64,000 bases of DNA. Origin: Basidiobolus meristosporus CBS 931.73 (lineage: Eukaryota > Fungi > Basidiobolomycota). This document shows positions 10,064 to 20,353 of the stretch, in pieces (position 1 is the stretch's first letter; each line of letters begins with the position of its first letter). The notes below the pieces were generated by a model. It was not told where the DNA came from and did no database searches. It saw only the letters and a list, made by a program, of their open reading frames with translations. Where the stretch lies: NCBI GenBank assembly GCA_002104905.1, contig MCFE01000482.1, positions 1 to 64,000 of the forward strand. The letters are read 5' to 3'. Position numbers and translations under genes: made by a program.

Positions 10064-10763
10064 ACCCCAAGTGCAGGTGTAGTAAGAAACCTCCTGCTCC
10101 TTACTATCAAGGACCTGTATGGCTTGATGAAGTAACCATGCAGTTTGAATTGGTACAAGTCATCAACAATGGCCATGGTGGTGCAACAACTAACAACAAT
10201 ATGGTGAAATGGGTATTCAACAACTGGATTGTTGCAAGTCTGCTTGGCTAAATTGACACCATTGCAGTCAACGCAACCAGTAAGGATCTGTATATCATCT
10301 ACATCGGATACAATGATCTCAATGGTATCTTGCACCTTACTCGATGGTATCTTGCACCCTGACCAGTACACTGTTTTCAAGAACTATACCTATCAAGTTG
10401 TGGCCAACAATGTGGTGGCTGGTATCACAAAAGTAAAATGCCACAGATTTCCTTCTCATTCTCGTCCCCCCCTTCGGTCGAGAAGACTAACTAATAGCTA
10501 TAATGCCCGCGTAACTCAAACAGTAAAAACAATTCAAGGGGCTAGGATCAATATTTTGGATGACCACAGTTGGTTCGAAACAGCTCTCGATCATCCCGAG
10601 CTCTTTGGACTGCGTACAGACAATGGGCCCTGTCATGGGAGTTAGTTCAGAATGTAGCGACCCCAACACACGTTTCTTCTGGGATATCTACCATCCTAAT
10701 GCGAGGGTCCACAAAAACTTCGGCTATTGGGTCACTGAGCAGCTAAAATCTCTTTACTTCTAA
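10064..10763 (+). pseudogene. GDSL/SGNH-type esterase relic, 5'-truncated at the copia LTR
   Basis: PYYQGPVW and GGATTNNN resemble the fungal SGNH N-terminal blocks; C-terminal FFWDIYHP is a DxxH catalytic motif; internal stop at 10249-10251 and a frameshift near 10639. Confidence 0.65.
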
Positions 10764-11181
10764 ACTGTGTAACAGCCCACGAAAAACAATATTCATGTAG
10801 CATTCACCTATGCATATGGAGTTGGGTATTTCGTCTGTGTGTTTCCCATTTAAACCATCTGAGAATACTTGAGTGGATGCATTTTCTTCAGGATGAGGTC
10901 CACACACCTAGCTTGATGCACACCGGCTGAAATTGCCTGAACTCTTAAAATGGAATTCGATTGTTAATGAGTAACGATGACTGTTAGAAAATTTATCTAT
11001 TTCTAGTAGCTTTTTGAATACCCGTATTTTTAAGCTTACTATTGGCAGATAAGGGAATATGTTGTTGACCGAAACTCCATAATTGGCCATATTCGCCGGT
11101 TGCTTGTCTCGATATGTGAGGATATAAATTTCTCTCTCATTTGGCTTCAGTGGTTTATTACACTTTTAGTATACATTTTAC

Positions 11182-12491
11182 ATGACCTCCACCAAGCTCA
11201 CAAAGCAACGCTTGTCAAGGAAGCTCTATCTCCCCAGCTGCCCGTGTGGGCAAAGCGGAGCTTGATGTCTGGACTATGTTTAACATGGCTGCTGCTGAAT
11301 TCAAAGCTGTTAATTTAGGCCAAGGCTTTATGAATTTCCCTGCTCAAGAGTTTGTTAAAGAGGGAGCCCGCTCAGCCATTTTAGACGATGCCTGTAATCA
11401 ATACGCGCCTCCTCGTGGTAGACCTAGATTGAGAAACGCCCTCGCCAAATCTTACAGAAAATTATTCAACCGCTCACTTAATCCCGACTCAGAAATTCTT
11501 GTTACCGCCGGTGGAAACGAGGGTTTATTGGCCGTGTTTATGGCCTACTTGAATCCTGGAGACGAGGTTATTCTGATGGAGCCTGCTTTCGACCAATATA
11601 TGCCCAATATTACCATGACGGGAGCAGTTCCTGTATTCGTTCCGCTCAAGCCCCGAAAGGAGGTCGATCCAACCACTTCTAATATATCTTCCAGGGACTG
11701 GATATTGGATATTGAAGAGCTACCGAAGCAAAATAACCCCTCGCACTAAGATTATCGTTGTCAACACTCCTCATAATCCCATCGGAAAGGTCTTTACACG
11801 GGAGGAGCTGGAGGCCATCGGCAGGGTTGCATCGGAACACAACTTACTCATCGTGAGTGATGAAGTATATGATCGTTTGGTATTCGATAATGCTGAGCAC
11901 GTGCCTATTGCAACCATTCCTGGTCTATGGGAACGTACTCTAACTGTTGCCAGTGCGGGTAAGGCCTTTGGTGTGACCGGATGGCGTATCGGATGGGTTA
12001 TTGGCCCGGAGGCCCTTGTATCCCCAGCCCTTGCCACACATACCCGTATTGTTTTTTGCGTCTCTTCACCCATGCAAGAGGGTATTGCCAGTGCTTTCGA
12101 GCAAGCCGAAACCAACGAATTTTTCAGCAGACAACGAGAGGAGTATCTGTCTCGTCGAAACAAGCTGACCAGTGCATTTGAGGCTGTAAAGCTTCCTTAC
12201 ACTATCCCCCAGGGATCCTACTTCCTCCTGGTTAATGCAGAAAAGCTTGCACAGAAGATTCCCGCTGACTATCCCTTCCCTGACCACATTAAGGCTCGCG
12301 GGAAAAATTACGAGCTCTGCTACTTCTTCACCCGGGAGATAGGGGTGAGCTGCATCCCGCCCACCGAGTTCTACTGTGAGCAAGACAGGCATTTGGCAGA
12401 AAGCTACGTTCGTTTTGCTTTTTGTAAAACCGATGATATACTAGACGAAGCTGCGAAGCGTCTTCTTAAAGTGAATGAATGGCTCCAATAA
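11182..12491 (+). CDS. BNA3: Class I PLP aminotransferase, kynurenine/glutamine transaminase type (apparent frameshifts near 11235 and 11723)
   Basis: VNLGQGF, NQYAPPRG, EPAFDQY, NTPHNP, SDEVYD, SAGKAFGVTGWRIGW (PLP lysine), YVRFAFCK. ORFs 11246-11749 and 11712-12491 join if one C is removed at CTACCGAAGC. The start codon is tentative. Confidence 0.85.
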
Positions 12492-12970
12492 CAAAGCATC
12501 TGTACAGCATTGATGAAGAAGATATTTACCATCACAACCCCCTCCCAATAAATAAGGCATATTTACCTCCCTTAATAGATTGAGCACCAACATTTACCTC
12601 CTGAGAGATTATCTGGCGACCTGGGTATATATTTAAGCTTTAGAGTAAGGGTCCCAGCCTCATGTGATCAACCTCATAACCGGTATCCCGCCAAGTCAAG
12701 TTAACATCGATTCAGGGATGTATTGGAATGGTTTCAGCATTTACTTCAGAGCTCGCAAGATATTCGTCCGCAAGTAGAATTTGATTACAAATCGAATCAG
12801 GCTATAGATCAACACTTGATTATATACTTGCTTTCTGAGAGTTTTTCACAAATGATGTGAACAAAATAGATTCTGCTAATTAACATTGAATTAGTGCTAC
12901 CTCCCTGAGGTTGAATTTTTCTGGCTCGTATATAAACAGCCCCCTACCCGTGTGGTCGTTATCCTAATTC

Positions 12971-13944
12971 ATGCTTGAAATCTTCCCTTTAAAGTCACTG
13001 ATACTGCTGGTAGGTTCGAGGGACGAGGCACCAAACGAACTGTTGGCGGGTCATGTATCTCTAAGACTGCTCACGCCCACCAAGATTACCTCCTTAACAT
13101 TGAAACTTAAAATACTTGTGAGCGAGCATGGTATGTGAAGATTATCAATAGATTCTGTTGGTGCGGATATTGATAACCATCTCAAGCCACATTCCCTCCT
13201 AACGATAAGAAATCAACCAAGATTCTGAATAGCACCATTCTACTCCAGCCACAGAACTCGAGTCTTCTCACCTTGCCCCCAGGGAATCACTCATTCCCGT
13301 TTGAGTTTCAGCTGACGGGCGATCTGGCCGAAACCGTATCAAATAGGTTTGTGAGCGTGAAATATGTCCTAGTGGCGGAGTTGAAGAGACCTGGTTGGCG
13401 ACGGCAATCCCGAGCGAACAAGGAGATCTTGGTGAGTCGCCTCCATGTGCCTAATGAAATGGATCAGCTGGCGATGGTGATTTTGTGTAACAGATGGCCT
13501 TCATATATGGAGTACCAACTGATGATAGACACAAAAGTAATCCGCCTGGGCCAGATTGTGCCAGTTAAGTTTACCTGGTGGCCATTTATTCGCAAAATTC
13601 AGATCCGCAGTGTTGAGTTCACCATAGTGGAGAGGACCATTCACGCACGGGGAGAATTAGATCGCTGGCTGCCGATAAAAAGCCACATGATGCTCGATCC
13701 GCCAATGGAGGCTAACAAGCTGGCTCACATCAAAGTTCCTTCAGGATCCCAAATTCACCCTGATATGAGCAATCATCACATCACCATTCAGCATCGTTTA
13801 GAGATGAATGTGACTTTTGAGGCGAATCAGAAGTGGAATTCGATCCTGCTGAAGTGCAACATCATCCTGATACCAAACAACGAAGAAGCCAGTGAGGATC
13901 TTCCCTCTTACTCACAAGCGTTGTTAGCACCCAATGTTAGTTAG
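12971..13944 (+). CDS. Alpha-arrestin-like protein, paralog 1 (one intron, ~13131-13186)
   Basis: LPPGNHSFPFEFQLTGDLAET and VKYVLVA arrestin-N motifs; C-terminal LPSY PY-type motif. Confidence 0.8.
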
Positions 13945-14260
13945 TGGCACCACCTAAGCTTTGATCAGATACGTGATGGAGATCACCTAAGCTCTTGGCC
14001 CTGATTTGTGGTGAGTAGCACCACTCACCCGGTATGCGTGGCATCATTCTCTCTGTGCATTCTCGAACCGGCTATAGCTAGTCAGGTTAGCCACCTTGAG
14101 CGTGACATCAAGAACCCCCCTACCCTACCCTACCCTGCCCTCAACCAGAAGAAAAGATTGATAAAGATTCTAAACCCAGCTCTCTCTTAATATGACTCGA
14201 AATTTCCTTTATTTGGTAGTATGCAGATGTGACTATTTACAATGGACAAACGCGGTGGGG

Positions 14261-15258
14261 CTAGCAGAGAACAAGTCTGGGAGAAAGCAACGCTTGCGAA
14301 TAGGTAGGCAGCTGATCCTCAGTCTCATCAAAAGGCTGCAAAAGAATAAGCTCACTTGTCAATCTAATGGAGTTCAGCTTGCAGTTGGCTTTGAAGATTA
14401 CTCGAAGCTCTAGTTTGTGTTCCACTCGGATGAGTCGATTTTTGATGTCCGGGAAAATCTTGGACCGATAAGGGATATGGACCTGGAGGCGCAACCTTCG
14501 GTCCGCCGCGGAATTATAGACGATATCATTGCTCAGAGGCATCCAACGCTCCAAGTTCCCGTTCTTGCTGGTGATCTTCTCCAAAATTCCTGACTTCACC
14601 TCAACTATCGCGAACTCTGCACCCAACGGTCTCCACTTAAACTCCACAGGATAGTTTTGCCCGAATGTGGCTAGCTTGGTGTCAAGCAACACCTCGTATT
14701 CAAGATATTTTGGCCACCGATTGCTTAGTAAGACCCCATCTGTCTCATCCAAATCTTCCACCGTTGTCCAGTGAAGGTGGATTCTCTTGGAACAGTGGAC
14801 AGTGGTCCCAATGCCAAATCCAGGCTTTTTCATTCGTCGCAACCAGCGAGTATTTAACATTGATGAAATTGCTAACCAGACTGTCTGGCAGGTCTCCACT
14901 AAGTGGGATCTCAAAGGCAAACCTGTGATTTCCTGGAGGAAGAGTGATGACCGAATCACCCTCCGCTTCAAGCAGCGCAGTTTCCCAAATAACCTTGGGC
15001 TTAATAGTTTTGATGGCAGATAGCCGTAGAACTAGAATGAGAGTTAGTGCTATGGAGAGAATGCAGTGGGCGGAAACTGAGCATACCATGTTCGTTGATA
15101 ACACTCTCAAAGTGCAGACTGAGATATAGGATTTTCGTAGGCCGATCAACATTGAGAAACACGTTTCCAGACAGAACACCGCATGTTGTGCTGTAGCCGG
15201 AGTTCACTAGTCTGACTCTATCGTTCATCGGGCATATCCTTAAAACAGAGCGGCTCAT
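14261..15258 (-). CDS. Alpha-arrestin-like protein, paralog 2 (one intron; apparent +1 frameshift near 14834)
   Basis: LPPGNHRFAFEIPLSGDLPDS, VKYSLVAT, NRWPKYLEY, C-terminal LPTYSQALL; same phase-1 intron after EH as paralog 1. Confidence 0.78.
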
Positions 15259-15675
15259 TGCAATAAGAAGGGGCTTAGACAGTGTTTGTTGGCTATGACC
15301 TGAGCTTATAACATATTCGGCGTGTCACGTGAAACAGGTGATAAGGGGACACGTTTCACGGGGCATCATACCAAATATGGATGCTACGGTCAGCTCACTT
15401 TATCCCAGTGTTTATCCGTAGTCAAGTAAATTGATGTCATTGGTGTTTGAATAATTATCAGTCATCATCTTTGACTGGCCAAGTACTGGAATTGTTTCGG
15501 CATGAATCATTCCAGTTGGCATCGAGTCCATTGATTTGAATTGGCGCTGCTGAACCTCCTTGTCCCCATAAAAAGGCCGAGTCCCAGCATTTGCTATGCA
15601 AGTTATCATCTACCCCAAGATTGATATCCGGTTGAAGTTCTACCGAGCCTTTATTTCTACTACTTATGGAGTATC

Positions 15676-16059
15676 TTAAAAGGGTACAGCACCACCATCT
15701 CCGGGATTCGCACCTCCGCCATTCATACCCATTCCAGGATTGAATGGTGGTTGATTGACATTGACGACTCCGGGACCGTTGCCATTACCCCCACCATTGT
15801 TATTGTTGCTGTTGTTTGCCGCGGGCTTAGCTTCGGCCCTCCTACGCTGCCAAGGGAAACCACGACCGCCCGTTAGTATATTACTAATAGGTGTCAAAAT
15901 GAAATCATCGGCAGTAGCAATTGCGACACGACCAATATCACGAATAAATCTTAACGGGGCGGGCGTCTGTGGCGCAGGCTCAGGCTCAGGCATTGGCGAG
16001 GCAGAGCTGAGTGCAAGCATACAGACTAAGCAGAATAACGTAAAGAACTTCTTCAGCAT
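15676..16059 (-). CDS. Small secreted prepropeptide-like protein (127 aa)
   Basis: Signal peptide MLKKFFTLFCLVCMLALSSA, X-Pro run SPMPEPEPAP, RRR-AEA site, Asn/Gly-rich tail. Confidence 0.75.
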   Translation of the reverse strand: MLKKFFTLFCLVCMLALSSASPMPEPEPAPQTPAPLRFIRDIGRVAIATADDFILTPISNILTGGRGFPWQRRRAEAKPAANNSNNNNGGGNGNGPGVVNVNQPPFNPGMGMNGGGANPGDGGAVPF

Positions 16060-16318
16060 CGTGATATTGGCAGCGAGGCAGTACTCTGGTTGAAGGGGCT
16101 GACAAACGGTGTAGACCTCCGAGTGATAGCTAGCTATTTTATAGTGTCTCAATGAAACAATGTAGCTTCAAGGGTTTTCAAGCATGCGAACATGAAACTG
16201 GATTCTCGTCAGAATGGATATCAGTCATTGGTTGGGCTTCATACGTGGTCAATGCAGATTTTTATTGGAGATCAGTTGCACGTAGTGCTTGCACATTGTG
16301 TGTTATTGGAGATTGCTG

Positions 16319-16690
16319 TTAGCACATACAAATTCGAAGATGCACCTCGCCCACAGATTTTCCCTTCTTGCTTGTCAGAACCCACCATCCTTCTATCCAC
16401 CCCCTCTGGGCAACCTCCATTAGAGAGACAATGCATGAGCCCACTTTGTCGGTATCCATGCCAAACATCTCGCGGTCCAGTAGCTCGACATGAAGTTCCT
16501 GATGGTGATCATCATACTTCAGGGTGAATGTTTCATTATAGACCGGGTTTGTTTCATTGTGGCGTGAGGAGGTCTTTTCGCTTGAGGTGATCCCGCGGCC
16601 GGTGAATATCTTGAAGATGGGGTCTATTTTGTCGAACAAATCGTTGTTCTTCAGGTTGCGGCCTTCGATAACTGTTACTTGGATGGGCAT
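16319..16690 (-). CDS. Single C2-domain protein (123 aa)
   Basis: IQVTVIEGRNLKNNDLFDKIDP, TNPVYNETF, LHVELLDRE..D.KVG, GEVHLRI. Confidence 0.85.
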   Translation of the reverse strand: MPIQVTVIEGRNLKNNDLFDKIDPIFKIFTGRGITSSEKTSSRHNETNPVYNETFTLKYDDHHQELHVELLDREMFGMDTDKVGSCIVSLMEVAQRGWIEGWWVLTSKKGKSVGEVHLRICMC

Positions 16691-17166
16691 TTTGAAACGT
16701 CTTGAGTACTGGCTGGCAAGGTGTGAGCTTTATATAGCTTTTATTTACATTTAACCAAGTTTGAATTAATTAAATCAGACAACCCTCGGTCAGCCATCCA
16801 CTTGGCAACCGAAATCCTTAGTCATATAGGTATTAATGGTATTGTGATGGCACTGATGTCATGGATCTTTCTGAATGGAATTTTTGGGGTCACCACAATA
16901 CAGTTGCTCGGCCCTAATCCTGACAAGATCTCCATAATTCTCGGGACCTAGATGCTAAAAATATTCTTCCCGATAGTTTTGGAGATTAGCATGCATGTGG
17001 GATGCCTAATGGGCTGTAATCTTCTTATATGGTTATCATACTGTGAATGTGAGATTCCTGTCTTGGCATTCTGATTAGGATCTAAAAACCGAACTCTAGC
17101 CATTCTCTCGCCTTGTTTCTGTAAACTATCTCACTTTCTGATAACCCGCCCTCCGTCTGAAGTAAC

Positions 17167-19237
17167 ATGGAGACTTTACCCAATCTACAGATAGATCAGC
17201 CGTGCAGCCTGTTTAATAGTACCTGTTCGAATCTACAGCAGATATATCACTACCTTCCTGGCTCCTCCTTCCTACTTCGCTATATCAAAAATTCCTACCA
17301 AAACGATCCTGTTCGTGTAGTGCTAGAGCTATTCTTGGTTTTTTTTGCTTTAAAGTATTTACTCTCAAAAAAATATAACATTGAAAACAATGACGTTCAA
17401 TTAACTGAAGAGGTAACTTTAGTGAATCCTAGACGACTCCCTTATTTTTACCTCTCTAATACCCCGTGCTTTTAGGAAGTTGACGAGTTGGTTGATGATT
17501 GGCAGCCAGAGCCTTTGGTTCCATCTTTGAGCAATTCTGAGCGGGAAATGTTGGATAACGTCCCAATCACCGTGGGGTAGGCATTGAGGTCTAGTTTATT
17601 ACCAGAAGTTCTTGGCTGTAACTTTGTATATGTCGCAGGCCTCCTGGTACTCGACAAAAAATGCGCAACGGAAAAACCTTGGTAAACATGGCTGCATTCA
17701 ACTTCTTGGGCTTTCTTGGGAATGAAACGCTCAAGGTAAACCTAGATTTGTTTACGACACTCTCTACGCATGCCCTCCTAACCATTTGTGGGTATAGACT
17801 GAGGCAGTCCGTACACTTCGTAAATACGGTGTAGGCTCTTGCGGTCCTCCGGGATTCTACGGCACCTTAGGTACATCCTACCATGCATATTCTCTCTCTG
17901 GTCGGCCATTAATGCTTTGAAATAGATGTACACAAACTGTTGGAAAGAGATATTGCCAATTTCTTGGGCACTGAGGATGCCATTATCTATTCTCAAGGCT
18001 TTTCCACAGTGTCAAGTGTAATCCCAGCTTATGCTAAGCGTGGGGATATGATTGTATGGTAAGGACCCTCTAAAGGATATCACACGAACCCTTATCTCAC
18101 CCACACCGAAATCAGCGATGAGGGAGCCAACTTCGCCATCCAAAAGGGAATCCAGATATCACGTAGCAGAGTTCGTTACTTCAAGCACAACGATATGAAT
18201 GATTTAGAGCGTGTTCTCGAAAATATCATCCGAGAGGATGCAATTGTAAGTCATGTGCTCCATCCTCGCCTTCTCCAGGATCCTCTTATCAACACCGTGT
18301 TGTTTCTAGGAAAAGCGACCACTTACCCGTCGCTTTATTGTGACCGAGGGCCTTTCTTTGAACTATGGAGATATCGTTCCGTTAAAGAAACTGGTAAGCC
18401 ACAGTTCTATCTTGAGCATCGCGCACCACCATCTAACCAAATCGATCGAAGGTGGAGCTCAAACATGCATACAAGTTCCGAATTATTTTGGATGAAAGTT
18501 TATCATTTGGCGTGTTCGGGAAACGAGGTGCCGGAGTCACCGAGCACTTTGGCGTTCCGGTTTGTGTGATTTCCTTACTCCGATGCACTAGCTCGTCCCA
18601 AGACTAATTCTGTAGATCGAGGATATTGATTTGCTCATAGGTTCCATGTGCCATGCGCTCACCTCCTCTGGTGGTTTCTGCGCAGGTAGCAAGGAGATCA
18701 TTGATCATCAAAGGCTATCCGGCTTAGCCTACACATTTTCAGCCTCATTACCGGCGATTCTAGCGGTTTGCGCAAGGGAAGGGCTGAGCATTTTGCAAAA
18801 ACAAAGCCAAGTGTTGGCTACGCTGCGAAACAACGTCGCCACGTTCAGATCCATCGCAGCAATGATCCCGGCCATCTCCCTTGGAGAGACGTCTGATGCT
18901 TCGCCCATCCTTCACATCCGAATCCACAACGATGTAGTAGACAAGCTTGATTTGTCGCCCAAGGACCAAGAAAAGAAGCTGCAGGAAATAGTTCACGAGG
19001 TGAGTGCCTCTTCAAAGGCATCCAATTGCATGAACCCTCGCTCACACTCGATTGTTTTAGGTGAATCGCGATGGATTTCTCATCACTCGTGCCATGTACG
19101 TCCCGGATCAAGAGCTGTTCCTGCCTAAGCCTAGCATAAGGATATGTATTTCTGCTGCACACACCAAGCGTGAGGTCGAGAAGGCAGCCAATTCCATCAG
19201 AGCTGCAGTCCATAAAGTCCTTGGGAAATGCAAATGA
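17167..19237 (+). CDS. LCB1: Serine palmitoyltransferase subunit 1 (multi-exon)
   Basis: [46 protein letters not shown]; [13 protein letters not shown] lacks the PLP lysine of LCB2. Confidence 0.93.
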
Positions 19238-19574
19238 TGAAGCCAGCACCGCCTCGTCTGATTGGCTCAACCCTATGTAATATCGAACTAATTTTCCCAC
19301 TGCTTATTCCCTCCCTCATGGCTATTTTCTAGACTCCATTCCTATGAACAACCTGTATTTTAGTATTCCGCAGTATATATAAGAGCCCTGCTCCAATAAA
19401 ATACCTAATTCTCCTCAACATAGATCTAGGCTGAATGCGATAGTTTACGCGAATGTTCTTGATTGGTCTACCCAAAGAGAATGACATTTGCTGACGTTTC
19501 TCAACGTTACGATGCCCAGACGACTATAAAATGAGGCAATCGAGGTTCAGCAGGCACACAAGTAATCTTCTACG

Positions 19575-20148
19575 ATGCAAAGCATTAAGCAAGCCTTCAC
19601 CAAAGCTGGAATCATTCCTGACGGTATGTTGAATTAGTAATTCATCCGATGTGTTGTTTCCTGATCGTCTGCATCTTCCAGTTCTTCAAGATACTGCGAA
19701 CGCCACTTTGCTCAAGGTGGTTTATCCCGGTGGAAAGGCCGTCAATCTTGGGGAGGAGTTGTCCGTCGAAGAGACCCAGAAGCAGCCTGAGGTCCACGTT
19801 GACGCTAAAGGCGACGAGAAGTATACTTTGATTATGTCCGACCCTGATGCCCCTAGTCGCAAGAATCCAACTCTTGGCGAGTGGAGACACTGGGTGGTTG
19901 GAAACATCACTGGCAATGATATCTCCAAGGCCGACGCCGTTACTAGCTACTTTGGACCCGCACCCCCACCAGGCACCGGACTTCACCGCTATATCTTCAT
20001 GCTTTACCAGCAAAACGGCGCCATTCCTTACGAGAAGCTTCCCGAAGATCCCAGCCAACGTGGCAATTTCAAGACTAGTGATTTTGTTAAGCAGCACAAC
20101 CTTAAGCTAGTTGCAGCAAACTACTTCGAGGCGGAAAATAAGAATTAG
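19575..20148 (+). CDS. Phosphatidylethanolamine-binding protein (PEBP/RKIP family; intron 19624-19681)
   Basis: YTLIMSDPDAPSR, EWRHWVV.NI, YFGPAPPPGTGLHRYIFMLYQQ. Confidence 0.93.
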
Positions 20149-20353
20149 CCGTGCTGATTTATGCTTATTGCCAAATCAATCTTGTATATGCGCATCAGAA
20201 TAAATTTGTGTTAACAGTCCGACAGAATTGTTGAATTTTTTGGAAGAAAAAAAAAATCCATCCTAATCATGGATCGATAATATTCATGTAGCAGGGCAAT
20301 CGGTTCACCTTGGCCATTTGAGCGAGCTCGTATCCGAAAACCCGTACATAATA

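Noticed and set aside
15324-15360. GTCACGTG plus a short CGTGAAAC/GTTTCACG inverted repeat as a point-centromere CDEI element
   Set aside because: No AT-rich CDEII or CDEIII follows; at most it is an ordinary bHLH site upstream of arrestin paralog 2.
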